Shown: positions 37,201 through 49,479 of the stretch, one piece after another | How positions within the stretch are numbered: the first letter of the stretch is position 1 | Layout of the letters: each line of letters begins with the position of its first letter | Made by a program: the position numbers and the translations under genes | The notes under the pieces: generated by a model | What the model was told of the DNA's origin: nothing | Database searches by the model: none | The model's input: only the letters and a program-made list of their open reading frames with translations | From: Octopus bimaculoides | Taxonomy: Eukaryota | Length of the DNA stretch: 64,000 nucleotides | Direction of reading: 5' to 3' | Assembly: GCF_001194135.2 (NCBI RefSeq) | Contig: NC_068993.1 | Coordinates: 61,459,896-61,523,895 of the forward strand

Positions 37201-40200
37201 CTGAAAGTAAAGGTTGAATAGTTTTGTGCAATGAGAGTAAAATATTTTAGGCTGCAAACTAATTTGTATGAAAGTGAAATATTTATGTAGCTTACATAGC
37301 TATATACTCTTTTACTTGTTTCAGTCATTTGACTGTGACCATGCTGGAGCACCGCCTTCAGTCGAGCAAATCGACCCCATTACTTATTATATCGTCTCTT
37401 TTGCCAAACCGCTAAGTTACGGGGACGTAAACACACCAGCATCGGTTGTCAAGCGATGTTGGNNNNNNNNNNNNNNNNNNNNNNNNNNNNNNNNNNNNNN
37501 NNNNNNNNNNNNNNNNNNNNNNNNNNNNNNNNNNNNNNNNNNNNNNNNNNNNNNNNNNNNNNNNNNNNNNNNNNNNNNNNNNNNNNNNNNNNNNNNNNNN
37601 NNNNNNNNNNNNNNNNNNNNNNNNNNNNNNNNNNNNNNNNNNNNNNNNNNNNNNNNNNNNNNNNNNNNNNNNNNNNNNNNNNNNNNNNNNNNNNNNNNNN
37701 NNNNNNNNNNNNNNNNNNNNNNNNNNNNNNNNNNNNNNNNNNNNNNNNNNNNNNNNNNNNNNNNNNNNNNNNNNNNNNNNNNNNNNNNNNNNNNNNNNNN
37801 NNNNNNNNNNNNNNNNNNNNNNNNNNNNNNNNNNNNNNNNNNNNNNNNNNNNNNNNNNNNNNNNNNNNNNNNNNNNNNNNNNNNNNNNNNNNNNNNNNNN
37901 NNNNNNNNNNNNNNNNNNNNNNNNNNNNNNNNNNNNNNNNNNNNNNNNNNNNNNNNNNNNNNNNNNNNNNNNNNNNNNNNNNNNNNNNNNNNNNNNNNNN
38001 NNNNNNNNNNNNNNNNNNNNNNNNAAGAAGACTTCAAAAGTAAGTAGCAACCTCTGTTGAAAACGGACAAAATTTGGCATCATGGTGTTATCAAATACCT
38101 GCAGAGAAAGGGTTTAGCCCCCTCAAGAACATTCATGCTGACATGGTTGCTGCAGTAGGGGATGATGCTCCAACTTTATCAACTGTGCAAAAGTGGGCAG
38201 CTGAATTTAGGAGGGGAAGAGAGAGCTTTGAAGATGACCCGAGGTCTGAACGTCCTGCAATTGCCACACGAGGTCTGAATGTCCAGGCAATTGACTATAA
38301 ATCAAATAACGAATGCTATTAGCATATCCCATGGGAGAGTTGAGAATATTCTGCACAATGAACTTAGCATGACGAAGGTTTATGCTAGGTGGGTGCCATG
38401 TCTTCTGACACCTGATCAAAAGTATACCAGGCTGATCACATCATGGGAAATCTGACATTGTTTGAGGCAGATCCAGCTGGCCTCAAAGTTCTCTAACCTA
38501 GGACGAGTGTTGGTTTCATCACTTTGAGCTACAAGCAAAGAGACAATCCAGGCAATGGAAACACCCTCCCTCGCCTGCTCCAAAGAAGATCAAAGTTGTT
38601 TTACCTGCAGAGAAGGTGACGGCCTCAGCTTTTTGGGATGCAAGAGGCTTTGTGTTTACTGACTGTCTTCTAAATGGCCACATCATCAATGTGAGGCAGT
38701 TGGAAAAGTCTATCAAGACTAAATGGCCAGAAAAACTGACAAAACGGGCCACACAGAGTGTACTGGGTATAAAAACTTGTTAAACAAGTGGAAGAATTAT
38801 CTCCCTTAGATTTATAAATTTTTTTTTTCCGTCTTTAATATAGAGGAAAAGGGTGTACCCTTAGTCTAGTCTTTTTTAGGGTGAAGGGGAGAGGAATAAA
38901 TGGGTGAAACTAATAATTAACGGTCATTTGGAATTATTAAATATTAGTGCGTACTCAGCGTGGATGTATTGTCAGAATCAGCTGAGTAACGGACAAATTG
39001 CTTTGCAGTATCGATGGTCTGAGATCAAATCCCATCAAATGTTGATTTGCATTAATCATCATCATCATCGATTAACGTCCGCTTTCCATGCTGGCATGGG
39101 TTGGACGGTTTGACTGCGGTCTGGCAAGCCAGAAGGCTGTACCAGGTTCCAGTCTGATCTAGCAATGTTTCTACAGCCGGATGCCCTTCCTAACACCAAC
39201 CACTCCAAGAGTGTAGTGGGTGCTTTTTACGTGCCACTGGCACAGGGGCCAGTTAGGCGGCAATGGTATTGGCCACATTTGGATGGTGCTTTTTTCATGC
39301 CCCTGGCACAGGAGCCAGTCAGGTGGACCTGGCATCGACTACGTTTGGATGGTGCTTTTTACGTGCCACCAGCACGATAGCCAGTCAGGGGGCACTGGCC
39401 ACAGCTACGATTTTAGTTTTACTTGACTCAACAGGTCTTAAGCATCTCATATCGCCTGACGTATCAAGGGTACTCTTAAATGGGCCGGACATGTAACACT
39501 GGGTCTCCTCAATCACAGCATATCTCCAAAGGTCTCGGTCTCCTGTATTGCCTGTGTGAGGCCCAACGTTTGAAGGTCATGCTTCATCACCTCATCACGT
39601 CTTCCTCGGTCTACCTCTTCCATCGGTTCCTTCCAAAGTTAGAGTGTGTCACTTCCTCACACAGCTGTCCTCATCCATACGTAACACATGACCGTACCAG
39701 CACAGTCGTCTCTCTTGCACACCACATTTGATGCTTCGTATGTCCAACTTTTCTCTCAGGGTGTTCACACTCTGTCGTGTATACACATCCAGCGGATCAT
39801 ACTAGCTTCATTTCTTTTAAGCCTATGCATCGTGTCCTCAGCAGTCATGGCCCATGTTTCACTGCTGTGTAGCATGGCAGTTCACACACATGCATCATCC
39901 TGAGCAAGAGGCCCTTAGTTGCCAGCAGAGATAGAAGCTCCCTGAATCCTCTTAAACTTGCTAAAATAATATTTGGGATGTCTTATCTCGCTACTAATTA
40001 TAGATTAATTTTGAGGATCTCAACAAACACTGTGCAATTGAAAAGAAAATTAAGAAAACTTTTCAAATATAAGGTGGAAGTATACAAAAATAAACATTTG
40101 GTGCTACTTTAGCATGCAGCCTATTGCAGTGTCCTGTCTATGCTGTAAAATTACTTTTAGCATGCGGTCTACTTTTTCTTAACCTGAGTTAATTTTAACC

Positions 40201-43200
40201 ATAACATTGCTGTTAAAGGATTTCTCTAGACGTATAATTTTTACAGAGGAAACAGTAGTTGCATTTTTACTAGAAAACAATCTTCTGGATACATCACAAG
40301 AAGCAGACCCTTGTCATCGATGTGATAGTGTCATGCAAGAAAAACGAAAACCTAACAGAAGTGGAGAATACTGGCCTATATTTCGCAGTTATTGCACTGA
40401 ACTGATTGCACTTGCATTTAATTTTGATTCTTATTTTGTAAAAAAAAAAATCTTTAGATATGGCACCAATTTAAGAAACTACTGCTAGAACTATTTATCT
40501 TCTCCAATAACATGTAAATCTTCGTACATCTTGTAAGGAGTCACCATATTCTCCTCAGGGCAGTGAACTGGTAGAAATGTCTTATAGCATCAGGCTAAAT
40601 ACGGTAAAGCGAACAGACGAGGAAACCTCTACTGGCCACCTAGTCTGTGAGGTATAGCAGCTAAATTCTCTCAAGTAATACTTTACTGTCTAAAACAAAA
40701 GGAGGAACACAAGAGATAATGTAGTCCTTGATAGACAAAAACGATGGAATGGTGAGGTCAACTAAATCAGCTGTTCTGAAACTAACAAATACCAGCCCCG
40801 CCACCCATATGAAGAAAAAATTTGGAAATTATTCCGCAACCTCACCCTCTTCATTAAGGCGTTGTGGCATGGCAACCCATCCATCCCCTTTTCCTTCCTC
40901 ACATCCTCTAGAAGGAAGCTCGCCTCTTCTCCTCCAAAAACCTGCCTTGAGTTCGATAAGTGATTAAAAAGTAACCTTAGTCACCTAGGAGAAATCAACG
41001 ATATCGTTAAGTTAATCATTTAAAGGGAGATAACCTATAAAATTGAATCGGCCACGATGACATTAAATGGATTGACTTCGCTAAAGACACCGCTCGATCC
41101 CGTCGCCTCATTGTTTTACATTTTTTTAATTTGCATAAATGAAGTCGGAGTAATTATTTACAGAGCTGTGTGTTCTTCCTACTCTCTCTCTCTTGAATTA
41201 AGAGTACGACTGTATTTTATTCAGAAGCCAGTATGGCTCTGTGCTTAAGAAATTTGTTTCCCAACTACATGGTTCCTGATTCAGTCCTCACTATGCAGCA
41301 TCATGGGCAATGGTCTCTTTGTATAGCGGTGGACTGACCAATGCCTTGTGAGCAAATCTGATGGGCAGAAACTGCAGAACCCTGATATAATTTATCGACT
41401 TGAAACTCATTGCAAAGCTGCATGATAAACAACAGTACCACCACATCTGCCATACACACACCATTCAGACTTCTGATGCCACCACCATCAATATCTTTGA
41501 CTTTGCTGCCTTTCCCTCCACCACCATCACCACTGTCATCCCTGACCGCCTTGGCAATCACCACTACCACACCACCGCCTCTGCCTCTATCACAACATTA
41601 CCATTAGTGTTCAGTCCCTCTTTCTCTCTCTCTGTCTTTGCCACCACCCTCACTATCTCTATGCCTACTATTACTCTCACCCCAGCATGAGTGATAGTAG
41701 AAGTGTCACTGAATAGTGAGAGAGGGGGGGATCAAAGTATGACACATTGACACACAGAAATTAGTTTTTGCATTTATTATATTATATAATGTTTAGACCT
41801 ATCAACCCCAGTTTTTTGTCTAAAAAAATGGTGAAAGCAAACTTACCATCCTATTGCTCCCATTTCTTTAGCCCTCTCAGAACCTCTTTTAGCTTCTTGG
41901 AGAAGTTCAGCAACAGCTAACCTGATAATTAAAACATATATGACAAGTTAGATACATTGTGAGCATTCTGAGATTTGATGCTAAATAAATTAGAGATTCA
42001 AAAACCAAAAAGACAAGAAAAGGGATTTAAGATGTAGTATTGGTTGCAAAATATATAGAATCGATTGAAGAATGTTTGTTGTAATGCTGGGTTACTAATC
42101 ATTTGGTATAAATTCAAGCCTTACAAGCCTCCCAGACATGGTCCTCACACATGAGGACAGTTATCTCAGCATAAGGCTATGAGGTTGGCTATGTAAAACC
42201 TATATAAAGCTCCAAAATGATAAACTTATATAAAGCTCTAAAAGACGTTTTATTCATTATGTGCATAATTTGCAGAAATAATTTTACAAAAGAAAATGGG
42301 CAATCATAATCAATGGAAATGAAAATTAGTCAAAAGATGTAGACATTCCCTCAATTACACTCTGCAGCAGGGAATATTGGTATATGTCATTAGAAGTTGT
42401 TTAGGAAACTCACTGTTGGACAATACAGCGAGTGATTGTAAGGTAAAATTGGCACTGCAACAGCCAAGCACATTCATGTTGCATCTTTTAACGTGAAATA
42501 TCAATGATAATAGCGACTGAGGATGACTTTAGATAGTCACTCTACCTGATAGATAAAACAGCGAAATGTTCTTTAAATTACATTACTGTATCACAAAAAA
42601 TGCATTGCACAGAATGTATTCCAAGGTACCCAATACTCAGAAAAGATCGGAAAGCTGTTGATCATAGGTATACTCAACCAGGGCTGAACTAGGGTTAAGC
42701 AACAACGATGTATCACCTCTATGACAAGAACCAGACGTTTAACACGCATCAATCTAACCCATAACAGGAGCCAGCTCTACAAAATAACCAAACATTCTTT
42801 TTTTTGCTCAAGCAGAGCACGACAAATTTGCTTTTAAAAGATAGGACGTGTCAACTAGGCTCTTTTATAGTAACATAGTCAAGGTGAAGGAAAAACGATT
42901 TTGTTTTTTATTATCATGTTAGGAAAACAACTAGTGGAAATTAAGCACATGAAATGATGAGGTTTTTGTTTGTTTTACTTATGTAGAATGGTTACACCGT
43001 TCTTGTTGCACAAGAAAATGGAGGAAAAATATATATGCGTCATAAAACCTCGTAAAGTTAGAAACTCTTCATTAAGTATTAACTTAGCCATAATTAAACT
43101 ACAAAAGGAAGACAGTCACGCAATATTACTATAAACCAAGAAACCTTTAATAACAAAGGAGAACCCAAAACAACGAGACCCCAAAATGTAAAATATTCAG

Positions 43201-43424
43201 ACGACAAGAATGTCTCACAACTACTCGCATTGTAGGCTGCCTAAATTTTTTTCAAGTATTGGGAACTGAAATTCCGGACCCGAAGAAAATTTTAAAAATT
43301 CTTCCCAGACGCAAATTTTGTCATCTAAATCCAGGACATGTCCTGGAAAATATGAACGTATGATAACAGTTTAATTGCTGATATTTATAAAGTCCACTTA
43401 CGCATCAAGATCGTCCTTCGCCAT
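36831..43424 (-). CDS. POLR1D: POLR1D 'isoform 2'-like small basic nuclear protein (not the RPAC2 polymerase subunit), 3 exons, 155 aa
   Basis: Exons 43424-43402 (ATGGCGAAGGACGATCTTGATGC|gtaagt), 41921-41847 (tatcag|...|gtaagt) and 37200-36831 (tttcag|...TAA) splice in phase to [51 protein letters not shown]...[11 protein letters not shown]. From memory, human isoform 2 reads MEEDQELERKAIEELLKEAKRGKTRAETMGPMGWMKCPLASTNKRFLINT. Confidence 0.85.
37305..37462 (-). mobile_element. SINE family B 3' part (runs into gap)
   Basis: cagtcatttgactgtgaccatgctggagcaccgcc...ctaagttacggggacgtaaacacacc. Confidence 0.8.
38040..38780 (+). mobile_element. Mariner transposase pseudogene (frameshifted)
   Basis: [44 protein letters not shown] (HTH), [11 protein letters not shown] (WVPHEL-type motif), DECWFHHF (first catalytic D) and [12 protein letters not shown]. 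Confidence 0.85.
39050..39950 (-). mobile_element. Family-C repeat joined to the 3' end of an RTE-type LINE
   Basis: 39050-39420 matches 1005-1145. Minus-strand 39640-39950 carries the ...[15 protein letters not shown]-type LINE motif, as also seen at 48612-48880. Confidence 0.65.
40100..40467 (+). mobile_element. Merlin/ISXO2-like DNA transposon remnant
   Basis: [19 protein letters not shown]....[19 protein letters not shown] resembles the N-terminal Zn-ribbon of Merlin transposases. Ends are ggtgc...ggcacc; no TSD was found. Confidence 0.45.
41847..41921 (-). CDS. POLR1D: POLR1D-iso2-like exon 2 [24 protein letters not shown](W)
   Basis: 75 nt, phase 2/2, canonical sites. Confidence 0.88.
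43402..43424 (-). CDS. POLR1D: POLR1D-iso2-like coding exon 1 MAKDDLD(A)
   Basis: aacatcATGG context, 23 nt, gtaagt donor, phase 2 matches exon 2; preceded by a CpG-richer stretch containing CCGGAAG. Confidence 0.75.
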
Positions 43425-43658
43425 GATGTTATTGCCAGACGGTACCGGAAGAAAACACGTCCCCTTCGAAAAGAGATCCCTATTGTTAGAGTGCTTTCGT
43501 CATCTTTAACTGTTCCTTTCGTATTTCAGCTTTGTATGTTATGCTTCTTGCTAGAGTTGTGATTTTAACGGAAAAGTCAAGTTTGTCTTTCTATCAGAGA
43601 TACTTTACTCTTGTTGTTTAGCCCCAGGTCGAACACGCATATGATCAAAAGATACTGC

Positions 43659-44203
43659 GGTAATCTTCCAGTTTCGAGGAGGTAAAAGAAATATTCAAGG
43701 GAAATAACTGAATGACTTACCAGTATTATCCGTACTACCTTTTCTCTAAAACAGCATGCGATGGAATTTTTTTTTTATAAAAGTTTAAAATGTTTTTTTC
43801 TGTCACCACGTGTAATAAGTCCGCATGGTACTAGACAGTCGACGCAGGTAAACTTATTTCTAATAAGTCGACGACGCGCACACCATTCCAACATTCTGTA
43901 TCCTGAGCTACTGCTTAAATCACAGATTTTCCATTTTTCCTCTAATATTAATTCAGGAGTCAGGATTTCGTTTTCAGCAACGATAAGATGTTGTGCAGCC
44001 GGTCTTCCACGAGGCATTTTCGATTTCTCATAAGAAACTAAGATATTCAATCACGTGTGTGATTTATATATAAACAGTTAACGTCAATCAAATCACGTGA
44101 TTTATTTATAAACAAAGTAGTACGGATAATACTGGTAAGACGTTCAGTTATTTCCCCTTGTGATTTATTTACTTTTTTAATCCCTCGAAACTGGAAGATT
44201 ACC
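43659..44203 (-). mobile_element. Non-autonomous Merlin-like DNA transposon (545 bp)
   Basis: TIRs ggtaatcttccagtttcgagg (21 bp perfect, ~85 bp imperfect); flanking 9-mers agatactgc/agatattgc (TSD, 1 mismatch); internal minus ORF LEWCARRRLIRNKFTCVDCLVPC (Zn-ribbon-like). GG termini with an 8-9-bp TSD are typical of Merlin. Confidence 0.8.
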
Positions 44204-44949
44204 AGATATTGCAACCATCTCACTGCTACTTTTTCTANNNNNNNNNNNNNNNNNNNNNNNNNNNNNNNNNNNNNNNNNNNNNNNNNNNNNNNNNNNNNNN
44301 NNNNNNNNNNNNNNNNNNNNNNNNNNNNNNNNNNNNNNNNNNNNNNNNNNNNNNNNNNNTATATTCGAAGAGATTAAGCTATTATTTCTAACAGGCCTAA
44401 CTTAGAAGTTCCCTTATTTCACTCGCCAAAATTTCCATTTTAGGTGAAGTATTAGTAAACGTTCACTATTTCTAAGAGAATTTAAGTACAGAACTTGTTA
44501 CAGTGGAGACATGGCATGACAACGAAGCTACAACCAGTCTTCGATGGGCCAGGACAGGCACATGCTACTCAGTTCCGAGACATGTGTGGCCTTTTTACAG
44601 TGTTTTACAGGGATCGAACTCACTACTTCATTATTGTGTTATATATTATAAATATATTGTATATATTAACAACAAACACATACACAGCATTATGGCATCG
44701 TATAGCGTGGAATACATTAATGAACTCCAATCAAGATTGAATGGTATAAACTCGAGGGAAATTTGACAGTTATTTCTCGCAGAACGTACAAGTACGTAGA
44801 AGTTCTATTGCTCCTACGTGGTTGTTTAGTCGAAGAAAAACCAAGACTGAGCAGTCAAGTGCTGATCAATCCATAGTTTTTAACAGAATAACTACGAAAC
44901 TCTGTGTAAGAATAAATATCCATGTTGTTATATTTCCAATTATAAATAT

Positions 44950-45070
44950 TTATCCGGAATTCTGTGACTTCCGCCCAGTTTCGATCATAATCTTAATTAG
45001 TGCGGAACTTTCTCTCCTTTGTTAATCGAATTTATCAAAGAAAATAGAAAGGTAAAAGGAAAAGTAAGTA
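44950..45070 (+). promoter_or_regulatory. Putative promoter/non-coding exon 1 of ZNF-1 (ETS-like CCGGAA..ACTTCCG; donor aaaa|gtaagt at 45064)
   Basis: Block conserved in all four units (donors 45064, 50937, 55446, 60159), paired with conserved acceptors tttcag|aatcaga at 46539, 52853 and 56052. Confidence 0.55.
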
Positions 45071-46937
45071 TTTATAATTGTTTAAATCGATATAAAATAT
45101 TTTCAAGACGGATCTTCGGAATAATTGTCGTTTCTCCTTGGGGAAATGAAAAGAGCAAAGAACTGGGAGGGTTTTTCTTCCCTTTCCTGATTTTTATTTA
45201 TTACGATTGTCAGCCAAAATTTCTACCAGAATCGTAATTTCCTTTGTATCAAACACAGGAATACTGCAAAAAAAGTGGGGTGGCTTTCAAATTAGCTCTC
45301 AGTAATAAAATGGAATTTCTGAGATTTCTTTCCGTTATTTAGTTGGTATTTTCACCATTTTATAGAATCTCACTTCGCAAAACAGATGTCAATCGCCTTC
45401 TTAAAAAAGAAAAAAAATTGAATATCTTTTTTTTTTTAATCTCTCTCTTTCTCTCAATTACACTTTCGGAAAAGCTGCCACGATTCACATGAATTAATTT
45501 TCTTTCAAATTTCTTGTATGTTCTGAAATGTTTAGAATTCACATTAGAAATAAAATAAAGTAAAAAAAAACTACCAAATGCCCCTCACACTTCATCGCAC
45601 CTTTCGCGATCTATCGTATATACTAAGAATAAAAGTCGATCCCCTATTTGGTGATCTTTCGGTACTTATATCGAATTTGTGCCCCTATTTTTTGGCAAAA
45701 AAATGGGTAATTTTCCATGGACCCATATAGAAGCTCACCCTAGTAATTCACGAACAACAGAACAACATTTGTTGGTCAAGGTACAGTGTTATCTTGTACA
45801 ACTCTACACCATATTATGGACAATATACTGGTGATCCAGCAAACCTCTTTTGAAACACCCCGAGTAGGTATCAGGTGCGTGCACCGTATTACAGTAGGTA
45901 GTGGCATGCTGGTACCAGGTAGGTAGATATGTTATGAGATATAAATCGATTTCACTCAGTCTGTTAAGTTTGATGGATACAACTAAAAGACATAGAATAA
46001 ATATTTTGTAAGACCTACGCGGCCTCGTTTATGGATTTTGTTATTTATTAGGACGTGCGTTTTGATGTATAGAATCCAAAATATTACTGTAATTGATTGT
46101 GTTTTTGTTTTTATTTGATTAGAGATCTGCTGCTGATACGGTACTTCGGATTCTAGCTTGAATTTCAGCCCCTCAAAAGTAGTATCCTTGGAATAGTCGA
46201 CCCCATAAATTTGATCTTAGAAAATGGTCTTAAAAATTTCAACTTTTACAAGAGTATATGCGGCATATCTTTTGTTCCCGCCATTAGAGTGTGGCATCGC
46301 CTTCATAGGTTTAGTCGAACAAATCAATCCCTATTTTTAAAAGTCTTTTTATGATATACTGTATTGTTAAAATATATTTCACTGCTCTGTTCTATATGTA
46401 AAATTATAGAGATACACTGGAGGAATTCAGTTGTTCTGGTTAAGGTTTCACTTCTACAATTTATAAGTATAGTAATGAAATGAAATTTATGCTGTTTATG
46501 TATCCTTGAAATCTTATACTGTTTTCCTTATTATTTCAGAATCAGAGCTGAAACTGGCAGAAACAATTTCGTTTTTTATACAACAGAAGCATCATCAATA
46601 TTTATCATCTTTTAAAGACAAAAGATGTTATACTGAACAAATATAACCATTTACATATAAATTTAATGAATTACGTTGAAAGATTTCCTCTGGGTAAGAT
46701 TATTAAGCAACATTTGTGTGTGTCATTCTCTGGAATGAGTCCAATACAATTCTGCATTTTAAATATATTCAGGTAGATTTATGAAGCACTTTGCATCCAG
46801 ATGATGGACATATAGCAGAAGGAATATTTGTTAGAAATAAATTATAGAAAGGAAAGCAGGAAACATATATATTGTGGTGAGAAAGGAAAATTTATTATTC
46901 AATGAGTTAAACAACTGTTTTTTCTTGGTCTAAAAAG

Positions 46938-47954
46938 ATGGCAAAAAGCTTAGCAAAGTCTTCATATGAATGTGATATCTGTAAAAAGTCATTAGCCTCA
47001 AGAAGTAATTTAACTGCTCACATACGTATTCATACAGGAGAGAAACCATTTCGCTGTGATATCTGTGGTAAAAGGTTCACTAGAAAAGGTGAATTACCTG
47101 TTCATTTACGTGTTCATACAGGAGAGAAACCATATCAGTGTGATATCTGTGGTCACTCATTCACTCGTAATGACATTTTAAGTACACACAAACGTATTCA
47201 TACAGGAGTGAAACCATATCAGTGTGATATGTGCAGTAAATCATTCGCTAAAAGTACTAACTTAACTGATCACAAACGCATTCATACTGGAGAAAAACCA
47301 TACCATTGTGATATCTGTGGTAAATCATTCAATCAAAATAACCAGTTAATTAAACACATACGCATTCATACAGGAGAAAAGCCTTATCACTGTGATGTCT
47401 GTGACAAATCATTCTCTCGAAATGACGAGTTAACTACTCACAGATACATTCACACAGGAGAGAAACCTTATAGGTGTAATATCTGTCGTAAATTATTCCC
47501 TGGAACTAATGCCTTGACTGTACACAAACGTATCCATGTTGGAGAAAGCCGATATATTTGCGATATCTGTGGTAAATCATTCCTTCGAAACTATTCTTTG
47601 CGTTATCACAAACGTATTCATACTGGAGAAAAACCATATTGTGATATCTGTGGTAAATCATTCATTCGGAGTAGCGATTTAAAGGCACATACACGTATTC
47701 ATACTGGAGAAAAACCATATCATTGTGATATTTGTGGTAAATCATTCTCTCAACGTACTGCTTTAACTGCACATAAACGTGTTCATACTGGCGAAAAGCC
47801 TTATCATTGTGACATCTGTGGTAAATCATTCTCTAACAGAAAGGTATTAACTACACACAAATGTATTTATACGGGAGAAAAATCACATCAGTGTAATATC
47901 TGTGGTAAGCCATTCGCTCAACATGCTGTAGCAATTCATTTCTGTATTCTATGA
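46938..47954 (+). CDS. C2H2 zinc-finger protein ZNF-1 (338 aa; 10 canonical + 2 degenerate fingers, no effector domain)
   Basis: Tandem CxxC-x12-HxxxH with TGEKPY linkers after an 11-aa leader [11 protein letters not shown]. Confidence 0.93.
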   Translation: MAKSLAKSSYECDICKKSLASRSNLTAHIRIHTGEKPFRCDICGKRFTRKGELPVHLRVHTGEKPYQCDICGHSFTRNDILSTHKRIHTGVKPYQCDMCSKSFAKSTNLTDHKRIHTGEKPYHCDICGKSFNQNNQLIKHIRIHTGEKPYHCDVCDKSFSRNDELTTHRYIHTGEKPYRCNICRKLFPGTNALTVHKRIHVGESRYICDICGKSFLRNYSLRYHKRIHTGEKPYCDICGKSFIRSSDLKAHTRIHTGEKPYHCDICGKSFSQRTALTAHKRVHTGEKPYHCDICGKSFSNRKVLTTHKCIYTGEKSHQCNICGKPFAQHAVAIHFCIL

Positions 47955-48611
47955 GAGAAAGAATCGCCTTGTGGTAGGGAAGAGACTAAAACATCTCTTA
48001 ACTGTAAGCATTCATACCCATGTATGATGCTAAATAATAAGAAATAAACAAATCAGAACATATAGTCTTTCATCATGTTATAATAGGATAGAAGTATGCC
48101 CTGGATTGTGGGTATAAAAACAAAACTGGTGGAGCAATTTTCTGAATTATCATCATCAATATTTTTCTATGTCCATTTTCAATGCTGGAATGTGTTGGAC
48201 CACATTATCATCATCATCATCATCATCACATGATGATTATCTCTAGCATTTTGTCATTTCAAGTGTAAATTCCAGAGTTCTGACTGCAATAGTCTCTTTG
48301 TATTTTTATAAATAATTTAAACTCTAAATAAAACTGGTTTACTATGAAATTATTCGTTTTCTACTTTTTTTAATAACCAAATCTTGTTTGCACATTTTCT
48401 AAACTGATTTTCACTGACTGTTTACTTGAAACCTATATAATTTATTGGCACTATTTAATAGAAGATCTGATCTGACATTACGAGGAAGTGAACAAGATAT
48501 GAATACCAGGATGATATTGTAGATGAAATGGTGATAATGGTGGCTTTGTTGTGGAGATATAATGTAGTCAAGACAAAATTGGTAGAGTAATATTTGAATG
48601 AGTACATTAAG

Positions 48612-48880
48612 TCATGGGTACTTTATACAGCTGTCTTCATGAATATGCATCACCTGTCCATACCAGTGCAGTCTTCTTTCTTGAACACAATATCTGATTC
48701 CTGTTATACCTAGTTGTTCACTCGGCACCATTCTACCAAGTCTTTGAAATACATCCACTTGTGCATACTTGCCTTGTTTCTTTCCAGCCTTATCAAATTC
48801 TCTACATTCGAGGCCCATGCCTCACTACCCTGCATCATTGCCGGTCTAACACAAGCATCATACAATCTGCCAGTTTATGC
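48612..48880 (-). mobile_element. RTE-type LINE fragment
   Basis: GITGIRYCVQERRLHWYGQVMHIHEDSCIK. Confidence 0.65.
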
Positions 48881-49479
48881 ATGCTGGTGATGAAAATGAT
48901 ATTCATTTTTTCCCTTCTAGAACCTAATCAAGAAGTCGCAAACATGTACAGTTCTGTAATATAGGCCAATCAAAGATGTTTATTGCCAATGTATTTTAGG
49001 TAGGACCTATCTACTGTCATAGAAATCAGCAAAGTCAAGAAAGATGAAACCTTTATGTGATCTCTAGATCTGCTAGAAATAGAAGGTAAAACAAATATGC
49101 TTTGTTTTCTTCCAGGCACCAATGTACTGTAGCCGTAGTCTTTCACATTGTTCACCAACTGACCTTTCCTCTGAAAAAAAAATCAGTGGAATCAATCGAT
49201 TTCTATACAGAAATTATTTTCCTCCTGAAACTTATAAAAAAGTACACCAATTTAGGCGCACTTTTCTATAAGCAGTACATTAAATTTTCCAGGTAAAAAC
49301 AGCAGCTCATACATAAGAAATTATGTAACTGTAGTGGTTGTGACAAGTTCGCTCGCAGGTTGGTAGTTGATAGTGCAGAGGTGGCTGTCTGCCAGTAGAG
49401 AGGGGAAGATTAAGGAATGCACATGCTGACTAGAAAGGATAATATACAGGCAGAACAGAGTGGTGACATTTAGTAGAGA

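Noticed and set aside
37268-38083. Long ORFs spanning N runs (also 3710-3973, 11336-11794, 56125-56889, 61183-61563)
   Set aside because: Artefacts of assembly gaps.
42110-42170. Minus-strand EDH in intron 1 of the POLR1D-like gene as a possible RPAC2 (EDHTLGN) exon
   Set aside because: It reads [11 protein letters not shown] and stops at once, with no other RPAC2 motif.
42512-42550. CTGAGGA-T-GACT/AGTC hammerhead-like start
   Set aside because: Helix II is followed by ACTC rather than GAAA and there is no helix I; at best a dead relic.
46968-47950. Regular 84-bp periodicity resembling a CRISPR-like repeat-spacer array
   Set aside because: It is the coding repeat of C2H2 fingers in a eukaryotic gene, and there is no cas context.
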